From the NCBI GenBank assembly GCA_963665665.1, contig OY762428.1:1733200-1797199 (forward strand): 64,000 bases of DNA, given 5' to 3'. Below the pieces are notes generated by a model. The model had not been told where the DNA came from. It did not search any database and saw only the letters and a program-made list of their open reading frames with translations. This document shows, one piece after another, positions 49,913 to 59,823 of the stretch; the first letter of the stretch is position 1; every line of letters begins with the position of its first letter. Made by a program: the position numbers and the translations under genes. Origin of the DNA: Candidatus Kapaibacterium sp. Its GTDB lineage: Bacteria; Bacteroidota; Ignavibacteria; Kapaibacteriales; UBA2268.

Positions 49913-50983
49913 ATGACTGAACTTATAAAACTTCTTTCCATTTCAGATTTAAAATGGGTTAACGCACCTATTGTTCTGGCACTTTATGTTGTTATTGCAA
50001 TAATTATCGACCTGATTATACGCAAAGTACTGATAAAACTTACAAAATTTACCAAATCGAATATCGATGATAAAATTGTAATGCTCCTACGCAAGCCGAT
50101 ATTCTATTCAATTTTAGCAACAGGCCTGCTTGGTGCTTTAAAGATCCTTGAGCTGTCGGGAAATTATGAACTAACTTCAAGAAGAGTGATTTATTCCATT
50201 GTTGTTCTTATCTGGATAATAGTAATTATCAGGGCTTTGAAGCATGTAATCAGCGAGGCTATATATAAACTATCCGACCATACCGGCCTTGGGAAGGACA
50301 TTGTTCCGCTGATAACGAATATTGCCAAAATTGCAGTAATAATTGCCGGTGTAATGACGCTGCTTGCAGTCTGGCATGTGGATATCACACCTATATGGGC
50401 ATCGGCAGGTATAGCCAGCGCTATTATTGCCCTGGCAGCAAAAGATACCCTGGCAAATTTCTTTGGCGGTATAAGTGTCTATTTCGACAAGCCTTATAAA
50501 GTGGGCGACTATATTGAACTGGATCAGAAGGAACGCGGCGAGGTTGTTGAAATTGGTATCCGCAGCACAAGAATAAAAACCAGGGATGATATTTTGATTT
50601 CCATCCCGAACAGCATTATTGCCAATTCAAAAATAGTAAACGAAAGCGCACCTGTTGAACATTTCCGCGTTAGAATACCTATTGGCGTTGCTTACGGATC
50701 GGATATTGATAAAGTGGAAACATTGCTATTGAGCGTAGCATTAGAAAATGATAATATTATAGAAGACCCCGAGCCGCGTGTGCGTTTCAGAAATTTCGGA
50801 GACTCCAGCCTGAATTTCGAGCTGCTCTGCTGGGCCAAGGAGCCTGCCCTGCGCGGCCTGACAATACATGAAATGAATAAAAAAATCTATAAACTTTTTG
50901 CAGAAGAAAATGTTACAATACCCTTCCCGCAAAGAGATCTGCACATTATCAGCCATAAGCGGGACAAAAGCGATAATAATTAG
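49913..50983 (+). CDS. mscS: Mechanosensitive ion channel, MscS family
   Basis: TM helices followed by the MscS beta-domain (DTLANFFGGISVYFDKPYKVGDYIELDQKERGEVVEIGIRSTRIKTRDDILISIPNS). Confidence 0.8.
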   Translation: MTELIKLLSISDLKWVNAPIVLALYVVIAIIIDLIIRKVLIKLTKFTKSNIDDKIVMLLRKPIFYSILATGLLGALKILELSGNYELTSRRVIYSIVVLIWIIVIIRALKHVISEAIYKLSDHTGLGKDIVPLITNIAKIAVIIAGVMTLLAVWHVDITPIWASAGIASAIIALAAKDTLANFFGGISVYFDKPYKVGDYIELDQKERGEVVEIGIRSTRIKTRDDILISIPNSIIANSKIVNESAPVEHFRVRIPIGVAYGSDIDKVETLLLSVALENDNIIEDPEPRVRFRNFGDSSLNFELLCWAKEPALRGLTIHEMNKKIYKLFAEENVTIPFPQRDLHIISHKRDKSDNN

Positions 50984-51008
50984 AAATATTTCTTTTGGGA
51001 TAAAAATG

Positions 51009-51044
51009 AAAAGCCGTCCAAACTGTTTAAGTCCGGGCGGCTTT
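51009..51044. terminator. Bidirectional terminator hairpin between the convergent mscS and Yip1-like genes
   Basis: AAAGCCGTCC...GGGCGGCTTT stem followed by an A/T-rich tail. Confidence 0.45.
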
Positions 51045-51070
51045 GCAATATTTATTCAATATCAATCAAA

Positions 51071-51940
51071 TTACATCATCGTAAGAAATGACAAAAATGG
51101 CACTGCCTGGGCCAAAGCAAATAAAATAAGGCCAAATCCAAGCCATGTTGCAAATACTGCAATAATAAACTTTGTTGAATTTTCAGACCTGTACATCTTG
51201 GCAAGGCCTAATCCAAGAACCCAATAGAACCAAATCCTTAACGGGTCGAGTTTTGATGTAATAAAGAAAGTGAAATCTCCGGGTTCAGAACCCATTACGG
51301 CAGCAACACTTGTGCCCATAATAAATTTACCGGCTATCATAGTAATAAGCAAAATAACAAGTAGCTGAATACTTGTGATAAGTGTGGCTAACCCGTACAC
51401 GGAAAGAGCCGAAGAATACGATCCTTCTCCCCTTAATATAAATCTTGCTAAAATAAACCAAACCAGCCCAAGCAGGAATACCTGCAGGAATGCCCAGATA
51501 ACAACTCCTATCATATTCATTATCGGGCCGGCCTCAAATTGTTTTTCCACCTGGGCATAAGCAGCATCCATTGCACTGTCTGCCTGCTCTTTTGTTAAAA
51601 AGCCTGCTTCCACCTGTTTGTCGATAGATTGCTCTGCCTGGTCCAAACCGAATTCTTTCAGTTGCTGTTTTATCTCAGGGCTTGAATACATCATAAATGT
51701 TGAAACAAAACTAACAGCAATCATTATTATAACGGGAATCAGCCAGTCAACAGCTTTTGGCTGGTATTTTGCCATTTTACCAAATGTTGCCGAGGGCGAA
51801 CTGATAACACCGACCAGTTTATCGGCAAGCGACGGTTCGTCTTCAGGGTTTGCAAATGGCGGGATATCCTGAGTTTCAGGCATTTGAGTATCATTTTCAG
51901 TCATATTTTCTCCATGATATTGCGAAAATTGTTTCTTCAC
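51071..51940 (-). CDS. Yip1-domain family membrane protein
   Basis: Cytoplasmic N-terminus followed by 5 TM helices, with a composition typical of Yip1/DUF1282 proteins. Confidence 0.5.
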   Translation of the reverse strand: MKKQFSQYHGENMTENDTQMPETQDIPPFANPEDEPSLADKLVGVISSPSATFGKMAKYQPKAVDWLIPVIIMIAVSFVSTFMMYSSPEIKQQLKEFGLDQAEQSIDKQVEAGFLTKEQADSAMDAAYAQVEKQFEAGPIMNMIGVVIWAFLQVFLLGLVWFILARFILRGEGSYSSALSVYGLATLITSIQLLVILLITMIAGKFIMGTSVAAVMGSEPGDFTFFITSKLDPLRIWFYWVLGLGLAKMYRSENSTKFIIAVFATWLGFGLILFALAQAVPFLSFLTMM

Positions 51941-52144
51941 CGGAATACGTAAAATAAAAAAAATTGTTCTACGGACAAATTGATAATAAAAAATGGGGCG
52001 CTCTATTCTCGGAAAAGTTAGCAGAAGCTTTAATATTTTTTACACAAATATAAGAGTCATAAATAATCAACAATATTATTTTGAATATTTGAAATATTTT
52101 TATATGTTGTTATTATTGAATTACAATCAAATAGCGAGGAAATT

Positions 52145-53770
52145 ATGCCCAAATTTATCTTATTTTGTATTATTGCTTTTAGCTTTGTCTCATCGCCTCA
52201 TCTTAAAGCTGACGAGGATTCCCGTGAAGGAGATTCTCTGGCCCTGGTAGCACTGTATAATTCAACAAACGGCCCGGAATGGTATGATAGCAGAAACTGG
52301 CTCAGCAATGAACCTATTGACAAATGGGAAGGAATTGAAGTTCGTAATAACAGAGTTTTCTGCATCGATTTAATACGTAATGATTTGGTTGGTGAATTAC
52401 CTGATGAGATTGGCAACCTAAAGTGGGTGCACTATTTTGCTTTGGCATTTAATCGCCTGGAAGGATCAATACCTGAAACTATTACAAATATTGGAAATTG
52501 CCAACTTCTTTATCTTAATGCTAATTGCCTGACTGGGCATATTCCAGATTCAATTTCTAAACTACAAAATCTTTTATGGCTTGATCTTAGTAATAATCGC
52601 CTGACTGGAAAGATTCCGAATTCTATATGTAGTATGAAAAAACTATCATCCATAGACCTTAGTCACAATATCATTTTTGGCGAATTGCCTGAAAAATTGT
52701 ATGAAATGGAAAATTTATCGAAATTAATATTAAGTGATAATAAAATAAGCGGCAATTTTATCGAACCCCTGCAAAATGCAAAAGAACTAAAGGAATTGTA
52801 TTTGAACAATAATGACATGATTGGAAGTTTAACTGATGATCTGTCTGGTTTTACCCGATTAGAAGTTTTAAATATCAGCTATAATAATTTTAGCGGATCA
52901 ATAACAAATAATCTTTCCGCTTTTTCAAAATTGAAAATCCTTGATATTAGTAATAATTATTTTTCAGGGACTATCCCGTCCGGGTTAAGTGCTTTAAAGG
53001 ATTTAGAAAAGTTTGATATATCAGGAAATAATTTTTCGGGCCAAATACCGAAGGAATTAACTGAATTACCTGAACTATCAGTTCTAAATCTGTCTTATAA
53101 TATGTTTCAGGAAAAGTTTGACTTTGAATTAGATTCTCTGAAAAATTTAGACTATCTATATCTCGGAAATAATAAATACCAGTTTGATATGTTCGAAGAG
53201 ATTTATTCAGTTTTCGATCGACTGGACTATTATTGGATATCTCCTCAGGACTCAATCGGAGAAGCCCAAACCATTATAGCTGATCTGTATGATAATATAA
53301 TCCTATCGGCAGAATGCAGGGGGCTAAATAATATTTATCAATGGTATAAAGATAGAAAAGCTTTCAGTGAAAAATCGGATAACCCATTTCTTGAAATAAA
53401 TAATTTTTCTAAAATTGATACAGGTGTATATATTTGTAAAATAACCAATTCTTTAATTAAAGGTTTAAGAATCTATAGTAAACCACAGGTATTAAAATTA
53501 CCTCCTATGGGAATAAACGAAAACAATCAGGTTGTTAAGGATGATTTTGAAATATTTTTGGATTCTGAAAACCATTTGGCCGCAAAGTGGAACAATTTTC
53601 TTAGGGATGTGATTTTATATATTCACGATATTCGGGGCAGCAAAATATATGAAATCAATCCAGAAGGCAATTGTACAAATATCCCTGTGAATAACTTTTC
53701 ACCGGGAGTTTATATCTGTACAATTTCCGATGGCCTTAAATCATTTTCTAAAAAATTCATTGTCAGGTAG
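52145..53770 (+). CDS. Leucine-rich repeat (LRR) protein with T9SS C-terminal sorting domain
   Basis: Repeated LxxLxxLDLSNNxLTGxIP units, a signal peptide, and C-terminus PGVYICTISDGLKSFSKKFIVR. Confidence 0.75.
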   Translation: MPKFILFCIIAFSFVSSPHLKADEDSREGDSLALVALYNSTNGPEWYDSRNWLSNEPIDKWEGIEVRNNRVFCIDLIRNDLVGELPDEIGNLKWVHYFALAFNRLEGSIPETITNIGNCQLLYLNANCLTGHIPDSISKLQNLLWLDLSNNRLTGKIPNSICSMKKLSSIDLSHNIIFGELPEKLYEMENLSKLILSDNKISGNFIEPLQNAKELKELYLNNNDMIGSLTDDLSGFTRLEVLNISYNNFSGSITNNLSAFSKLKILDISNNYFSGTIPSGLSALKDLEKFDISGNNFSGQIPKELTELPELSVLNLSYNMFQEKFDFELDSLKNLDYLYLGNNKYQFDMFEEIYSVFDRLDYYWISPQDSIGEAQTIIADLYDNIILSAECRGLNNIYQWYKDRKAFSEKSDNPFLEINNFSKIDTGVYICKITNSLIKGLRIYSKPQVLKLPPMGINENNQVVKDDFEIFLDSENHLAAKWNNFLRDVILYIHDIRGSKIYEINPEGNCTNIPVNNFSPGVYICTISDGLKSFSKKFIVR

Positions 53771-53777
53771 GAAATTG

Positions 53778-53810
53778 CAGCCTCCCCGATAAAAGGAGGC
53801 TGTTTAAATT
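53778..53810. terminator. Terminator hairpin between the convergent LRR and PPIase genes
   Basis: CAGCCTCC ccgataaaa GGAGGCTG followed by TTTAAATTTT. Confidence 0.6.
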
Positions 53811-54566
53811 TTACGGACTTTCTATCCTTACAGACTGCACTATCTGGTTCTGCCACATTGAATATAGCGTAGTTTTTATCTCTTCTTTCAATTTGTCATT
53901 AAGTTCCGGTTCATGTCGTTTTTGTACTTTGTATAAAGAATATTTATCAGCCTCCTGAATTGGTCCGACAATCTCACCTTCGTCGGCAGTAAATACTTTT
54001 CCTTCAATTTCCGGCGCAAGCATTCCCCTGCGTATATTACCGATATTTCCACCTGACATCTTCAGGCCCGGATCTTCGGAATACTTAGTGGAAAGCCCGG
54101 AAAAATCCTTGCCGTCGTCACGTGCTTCCATCAGCAGTTCCTCGGCCTCTCCTTTTTTTGAAACTAAAATCTTCAGCAGGTCCACGGTAAGGTAGAGCAT
54201 TTTATTCTGAATAAAATACTGCTCAATTTTATCATCGCCAATGATTGTTTTTTTTACCTTGGTTTCAAGAAATTCAAATTCTATGCTATCTATCCACTGG
54301 TCAGAGGTAATTCCCATCTGGGAAAAATACTGCTGCGTTTCCTTCGCTGATATTAGTCCGAGTTTTTTTCGTTTATCATTAACGTAATTTTGCAACTCAT
54401 CATCACTAACTTCAATTTTCTGATGCTTGGCAAAATCCTGGATAGCCCTGATTCTGATCAGATCCTGAAGGGCCTGGCGAAACTTCCCCTGTGTTTTCAG
54501 CAGGATAAGTATGTCATTCTGGGTAACCTCAGCATCATTTACTTTAATAATTACATTGTTTTCCAT
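53811..54566 (-). CDS. Peptidyl-prolyl cis-trans isomerase, parvulin-type (SurA/PrsA-like)
   Basis: C-terminal parvulin region GGNIGNIRRGMLAPEIEGKVFTADEGEIVGPIQ. The N-terminal region resembles the SurA N-terminal domain. Confidence 0.55.
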   Translation of the reverse strand: MENNVIIKVNDAEVTQNDILILLKTQGKFRQALQDLIRIRAIQDFAKHQKIEVSDDELQNYVNDKRKKLGLISAKETQQYFSQMGITSDQWIDSIEFEFLETKVKKTIIGDDKIEQYFIQNKMLYLTVDLLKILVSKKGEAEELLMEARDDGKDFSGLSTKYSEDPGLKMSGGNIGNIRRGMLAPEIEGKVFTADEGEIVGPIQEADKYSLYKVQKRHEPELNDKLKEEIKTTLYSMWQNQIVQSVRIESP

Positions 54567-54638
54567 ATTCGGAATCCTGTTTAAATAAAAAAAGCTGCCC
54601 CGAATTCTTTCCGGGACAGCCTGTAATTTAGTTTGGAT

Positions 54639-55925
54639 TTACAATGAAGCAGCATAGTTTTTAAATGCAGCTTCTTTCACCATGCTCATGAAAGCCTCAT
54701 TTTCATTAAGGAATTTCATAATATCGTCAGCGCCGGTTTTCGCCTCATAGAATTTATTTATTGTTGCGCCTTTTTCGCACATATCAGCCCATGTATCTTC
54801 GCAAATTGCATGAGCATCAAGCCATGCGCCGGTTTCTGCAGCGTTGTGCAGTCCGTTCATTCTGCGCAGGTTGTCCGAAAAATCATTTATTTCTTTATCA
54901 GTTGCTTTAATACCTTCAGTACCGGCAGCATTGAAGAGTTTAGCATAAGTTACCATATCGTTCAGGGCAGCTGCAAATTCTTTTGAAGCCAGAACAGCTT
55001 TCACGATTTTCTCATCATTGAAAAGTTCAATACCGTCTTTGGCAAATTTGCGTTTCAAAAGCTCGGTAACTACCATGTACTCGAATTCATCCATGCTGAG
55101 CCCTGTGGAATTCAGCCATGTTTCGAAAGTAGCAACAGAGTGAAGTTTCATTATCCTGCGGAAATTATCTACAAATTCCTGGATTTCGTTTTCTTCAATG
55201 TCAATATTGTTTTTCTTTGCTTTTGCATGGATAATCTGGCCGAAGAGCATATCGGAAATCAGGCTGTTCAGCACGGGATACTTCTGTAATGCATTAGCAA
55301 TCTCATTCCTGAAGAATTCTTCCAGGTTTTCATCCTGAAGCTGATTAAGTACAATACCAGAATGTACATGTTTTTCCCAGTCGTCTTCATTCATACGTAC
55401 AGCCGCAAGGAATGTCTGAAATTCTTCCAGGCTGTGCATACCCATAATCCTGCGAATATCGTCGGATGTTTCCTGAAGAATTTTGTCATCGGCTGCAATA
55501 CCTTTTGCTTTGGCCTTATTGATAATTTCATCAGTAATATGATTTCTAACTTCAGGAATACCTTTTACAAGTTTCCATGCATCAGCCATTACAACTGAAT
55601 TACCAATAGCAGCACGGGCTTTTTCCCTGAACAATTCATTTTCCAGGGTTTCTTCCCATTCGTCAAGAGTAATTCCCAGCGCTTCAAAGAAATTATTTGT
55701 TTCATTTGCATTGTGCAGCCCGAGTTCCAGCCGCCTGAGATCGGAATATGCCTGCAAAGTTTCGTCGCTTATCTGCAAACCGCCATGAACCGCGTGGTCC
55801 CTGATAACTTCGTTCATAACGACAGTTCTGCGAGCATTGTGGTAAGAGCCGTTCATTTTCATAAATGCCAAAACATCTTTTGCTGTGATTTTGGTTCCGG
55901 CTATGTCGCATAAAGTTTTGTCCAT
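54639..55925 (-). CDS. Protein with four internal SurA-N-like repeats (periplasmic chaperone-like)
   Basis: Four repeats of about 100 aa, each carrying a (L/M)H(N/S)x..(F/W)..LGI(T/S)(L/M)(D/E)(E/D)WE motif. Confidence 0.35.
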   Translation of the reverse strand: MDKTLCDIAGTKITAKDVLAFMKMNGSYHNARRTVVMNEVIRDHAVHGGLQISDETLQAYSDLRRLELGLHNANETNNFFEALGITLDEWEETLENELFREKARAAIGNSVVMADAWKLVKGIPEVRNHITDEIINKAKAKGIAADDKILQETSDDIRRIMGMHSLEEFQTFLAAVRMNEDDWEKHVHSGIVLNQLQDENLEEFFRNEIANALQKYPVLNSLISDMLFGQIIHAKAKKNNIDIEENEIQEFVDNFRRIMKLHSVATFETWLNSTGLSMDEFEYMVVTELLKRKFAKDGIELFNDEKIVKAVLASKEFAAALNDMVTYAKLFNAAGTEGIKATDKEINDFSDNLRRMNGLHNAAETGAWLDAHAICEDTWADMCEKGATINKFYEAKTGADDIMKFLNENEAFMSMVKEAAFKNYAASL

Positions 55926-56105
55926 TGTCTCTCCGGGTGAATGTGTATAATGTATTTTCTACTTGGATAGCCATTTTTTGAATTTACATATAGTGAATAT
56001 AAAAAAAAACTTTATATGATAAAAAAAATTTATTATCTTTTCCTAAGAAAAATTATACATTCAGAACCTATTCAAGATTTTTTCATCATATCAGGGATAA
56101 AAATT

Positions 56106-56573
56106 ATGGCAAAGATTAAAATCAATGACCTGGAACAAAATTCCGAACTTGATGCCAAAGCAATGAAATCAGTAGTTGGCGCAGGCCTTATTGATCAAAG
56201 CAGCGGAATAAGCGGCAATACCGGACACAAAACCGGGGGCTCGGCAACAAACCAGGGCGACCAGACAGGTGGTGCCGGCGGAGCAGGCGGAAGCTCATTT
56301 GGTATTAATGATACAGATAACTTCGGAGGCCACGGCGGAGGTGCAAGCCAATATACCGGAGGCGGCCATCACGACTGGTGGGGCTGGGGTTGGGGCGGCG
56401 GTGGCTCTATTACCGGTTCGAACGCTACCGGCGGAGCAGGCGGCGGTGTAACAAGCATTGGCGCAGTTGGCGGAGCAGGTGGTGCAGGCGGTGCTGCAGT
56501 AGGAGCAATGGGTGGCGCTGTTTCTGATAATGTATCAACATCCATCTCAATGCCCGTTACCATGAATATTTAA
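56106..56573 (+). CDS. Glycine-rich peptide with double-glycine-type leader (candidate bacteriocin/RiPP precursor)
   Basis: The leader MAKIKINDLEQNSELDAKAMKSVVGA|G fits the LSxxELxxIxGG spacing. The core is Gly/Ala/Ser-rich and contains HHDWWGWGWGGGG. Confidence 0.5.
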   Translation: MAKIKINDLEQNSELDAKAMKSVVGAGLIDQSSGISGNTGHKTGGSATNQGDQTGGAGGAGGSSFGINDTDNFGGHGGGASQYTGGGHHDWWGWGWGGGGSITGSNATGGAGGGVTSIGAVGGAGGAGGAAVGAMGGAVSDNVSTSISMPVTMNI

Positions 56574-56593
56574 TTAATCCGGTTATTGGAACT

Positions 56594-56626
56594 AAAAAAG
56601 GCAGGATTTTCATCCTGCCTTTTTTA
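56594..56626. terminator. Bidirectional rho-independent terminator between the Gly-rich gene and yidC
   Basis: AAAAAA GGCAGGA ttttca TCCTGCC TTTTTT. Confidence 0.7.
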
Positions 56627-56628
56627 AT

Positions 56629-58572
56629 TTATTTTTTCTTTTTACCGCCCTGTTTCGGAGATGATTTTTTTACATCTTTTTTCTTGGGTGGAATATATCC
56701 TTTTCTTTCAGTTCCGCCCGAACCGGCCTTCTTGCCCGGAACAGTCTTGCCCTGGGAAGCAGCTACTTCCTGTGCCTCGCGGAGTTTTTTCTGGAACCAG
56801 CCTTCCTTCTTAGGTGCTTTTTTAAGATCATCCAGGGTAAGCTGATTTTTTGAAAACTTATTAATATAAACCTGCTGAATAATACCTACCAGGTTGAACA
56901 TGAAATAATAAAGGTTCAAACCTGACGGGAAGCTTGAGAAAAGAAGGGTGAACATGACAGGCATCATGTAAACCATTGCTTTCTGCCTCGGGTCGGTTAT
57001 TGTCAGTTTCTGCTGGATAAACATTGTTACGCCCATGGCAAGGGCCAGCCCGCTGAACTGGTCGATATTAAAAAGCGGTATCCTGAACGGCAACGAAACA
57101 AGTACATCCGGTACCGAAAGGTCATTAATCCACCAGATAAATTCCGTCTGCCTGAGATCAATGGCCGAGCGGAGGATTGACCATAGCGAATACAGGATTG
57201 GCATCTGCAGCAATAACGGCAGGCAGCCGCCGGCGGGGTTTACTCCGTACTCGGAATAAAGTTTCATAGTAGCCTGCTGCTGTTTTGTGTTGTCGTCCTT
57301 GTATTTCTCCCTCAATTTCTCCATTTCCGGCTGGAGAAGCTTCATTTTGTTGGCGCTTCTCATCTGTTGGATGGATAGGGGATAGAGAAGAATTTTTATC
57401 AGAATAGAGAACAGAATTATTGCCACGCCGTAATTGGGTACAAAATCATGTATGAACTGAAGGATCGGCAGCATGAAGAACTCGCCTATTGGCCTTACCA
57501 GCCATTTCCAGCCCATATCAATAGTTTCACTCAACCCGTATTCCGAAAGAATATCATATTCCATCGGGCCGATATAAACCATAAATTTATTGGTGCTGGA
57601 AGCATTCCTGTAAGGAATTCTGTAGGACATATTGTATTTTTCTACAAGGCCTTCGTTTCTAACTGCTTTTTGCCTGCCACTCAAATCGATAGTGCCATCA
57701 AAATCTCCCTGTGGCCGGGGCATAATAGCAGCAACAAAATACTTCAGCTTTATGGCAGTATAATCCACGATGCCTGTAGGTGAAATACGCTGCTCTTCGG
57801 ATTCATCGGCGTTCAGGTATTCAATTTCCCCGTTCATCGAGGCCATGGCTTCTGCGGAATTGGATTCATCAACAGAATTCTTTTCCTGGTAGCTCAGGCC
57901 GTCGGACCATATAAAATTGTAACCGCGTTCAGGTATAAAAGACTGCATATTCTGAAGGCTGATATCCGTATTTATATGATATTTATCGGCGTAAATAACA
58001 AAAGTTTTATTGATATACTTATCAGGAGCAACATTCAGCCGTGCATTAAGCAGAATGGAGTCTTTACCTGATATTTGATAATAATCTTTATCAAGATTAA
58101 AATCGAAGAACAGGTCGCGGGAATCAATTTTCTTGCCTTCATAAGTAAGGAATTCAAGGAAAAGTTCACCTTTCTTATCAGAGATAAGCTGTGTTGGTTT
58201 CTTATCCCATTTTTTATAATTTTTCAATTCCCATTTTACCAGGTCGCCACCCATTGTAGAGAACTTTGCAGTAACAAGGTCAGTTTCAATAGTAATAACT
58301 TTCCTGTTACCATTGGCAAATGGTGCAAAAGTTTTTCCGAATTTGAGCTCATTGACGTTACTTGCGTTTGCTGAAGTTGCAGAATCGCTAAGGATATCGT
58401 CAGCTGAATCAGCAGAAGCAGTGTCGGTCTGTGCTTTTTGCTCAACAAGTGTTGAATCATTAATATTTTGATTTTTTTCGGGCAGGTCCGGCGCTGTCAT
58501 CTGATTATAAATGAGCCATGCCGCAACTATCAGCGTAATTAGCAGAATTGCCAGTAAATTATTTCTGTCCAT
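56629..58572 (-). CDS. yidC: Membrane protein insertase YidC (long Bacteroidota form)
   Basis: Conserved TM2/TM3 region [44 protein letters not shown] and a K-rich C-terminus. It is preceded by yidD, rnpA and rpmH. Confidence 0.9.
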   Translation of the reverse strand: MDRNNLLAILLITLIVAAWLIYNQMTAPDLPEKNQNINDSTLVEQKAQTDTASADSADDILSDSATSANASNVNELKFGKTFAPFANGNRKVITIETDLVTAKFSTMGGDLVKWELKNYKKWDKKPTQLISDKKGELFLEFLTYEGKKIDSRDLFFDFNLDKDYYQISGKDSILLNARLNVAPDKYINKTFVIYADKYHINTDISLQNMQSFIPERGYNFIWSDGLSYQEKNSVDESNSAEAMASMNGEIEYLNADESEEQRISPTGIVDYTAIKLKYFVAAIMPRPQGDFDGTIDLSGRQKAVRNEGLVEKYNMSYRIPYRNASSTNKFMVYIGPMEYDILSEYGLSETIDMGWKWLVRPIGEFFMLPILQFIHDFVPNYGVAIILFSILIKILLYPLSIQQMRSANKMKLLQPEMEKLREKYKDDNTKQQQATMKLYSEYGVNPAGGCLPLLLQMPILYSLWSILRSAIDLRQTEFIWWINDLSVPDVLVSLPFRIPLFNIDQFSGLALAMGVTMFIQQKLTITDPRQKAMVYMMPVMFTLLFSSFPSGLNLYYFMFNLVGIIQQVYINKFSKNQLTLDDLKKAPKKEGWFQKKLREAQEVAASQGKTVPGKKAGSGGTERKGYIPPKKKDVKKSSPKQGGKKKK

Positions 58573-58831
58573 GCCGCTTTAATTTTTTAATTATGAAATT
58601 ATTATTGTCATTATCCGGTTCCGGTACCGGATCAAAACCACCCGGGTGCAGGGGATTACACTTCACGATTCTTTTGGCTGCCAATAACGAACCTTTGGCT
58701 GCCCCGTGTTTTTCAATAGCTTCGTAAGCATAGTGTGAACATGTGGGATAAAATCGGCAGGAATCGGGAAACATTGGCGAAACTCCAACCTGATAAAGCC
58801 TTATTATATTCTTTAATATGTGTTTCACCAT
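58559..58831 (-). CDS. yidD: Membrane protein insertion efficiency factor YidD
   Basis: [56 protein letters not shown]. The start is assumed at MVKHILK. Confidence 0.85.
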   Translation of the reverse strand: MVKHILKNIIRLYQVGVSPMFPDSCRFYPTCSHYAYEAIEKHGAAKGSLLAAKRIVKCNPLHPGGFDPVPEPDNDNNNFIIKKLKRHGQK

Positions 58832-58832
58832 T

Positions 58833-59309
58833 TTATTTTTCCCCCGTTTCATTTACGGGTTTAGCGCTATCCGGTTTGCGTCTTTGTTTTCTGATAAAAA
58901 CGTTCGTGTAATAATCCAGAGCATTGTAAATCAGTTTTTCCACAGTTGGCTGAATGTCCTGAAGCGATATCATACGTGGAAGCTTCGGAGCTTTTCTCCA
59001 ACTGATAACCAGCAGGTGAAGCGGAAACTGATCGTCAAAATCAAGTTTATTCAATGTAATCCGGACGCTTTCGCGCAGTAGTCTTTTCACCCTGTTGCGG
59101 GTAACAGCTCTTTTTGCTGATTTTTTTGATATTGTAACAGCAAGATATGTAATGCTGGCAGCAGGATGTTTCTTTTTGATCAAAACTTTTTTGCATGGCC
59201 TGAAGCAGGCGGCAAGAGTAGCCTCGGGACATGTAAACCTCCTGCCGTACCTGAAGACGGCAGGAATGGTTTTATATCCTTTTATGCTTTTTAGCCTTTT
59301 TTTAATCAT
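58833..59309 (-). CDS. rnpA: Ribonuclease P protein component
   Basis: Basic protein with RnpA motif [21 protein letters not shown], located between rpmH and yidD. Confidence 0.8.
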   Translation of the reverse strand: MIKKRLKSIKGYKTIPAVFRYGRRFTCPEATLAACFRPCKKVLIKKKHPAASITYLAVTISKKSAKRAVTRNRVKRLLRESVRITLNKLDFDDQFPLHLLVISWRKAPKLPRMISLQDIQPTVEKLIYNALDYYTNVFIRKQRRKPDSAKPVNETGEK

Positions 59310-59352
59310 ACCGCTGTGCGGCCGGTTAATTCAAAGAACATATTTATTTTGC

Positions 59353-59500
59353 TTACATGGAATCGCTTACAGAAAGCCTCATGCGGCCTTTTGCCCTGCG
59401 GCGGGCAATTGTTTTACGTCCGTTTTTAGTAGCCATTCTTGCCCTGAAACCATGCTTGTTTTTCCTTTTACGCCTGCTTGGCTGAAATGTTCTTTTCATC
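59353..59500 (-). CDS. rpmH: 50S ribosomal protein L34, with an apparent +1 frameshift in an A6 homopolymer
   Basis: Reverse-complement translation gives [13 protein letters not shown], then, after dropping one A of the A6 run, [29 protein letters not shown]. The ORF as written is 148 nt (not a multiple of 3). Confidence 0.65.
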
Positions 59501-59823
59501 TTGTTACTCCTTGCATTTAATATTATAAATTATATATTATTACTTATTTACAAATATCTATTCCAAAGAACTACAAAGATAGAAATAATTTTTCAATTTT
59601 TAAATAATAATAGTATTATAACATGATTTTTTTTGGGCCAGGGGAACTTTGATTTGCTAAAGAAAAATCAAATAAAGCCGATTTTATAATTAATGAAATA
59701 TTTTCTATTTTAACAAGTTAATAATTTTAGATATAATAAATGATGAATAAAATTAAATTTTATTACTATTTAGAAAAAAATTTCTATTTTAGCGACGAGA
59801 GCATTTAACAGTATTGGTGTAAT

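Noticed and set aside
57035-57783. Plus-strand ORFs (74 and 111 aa) within yidC
   Set aside because: They are antisense to a strongly supported essential gene.
59095-59520. 141-aa plus-strand ORF
   Set aside because: It is antisense to rnpA and rpmH, which are unambiguous. It is a spurious ORF.
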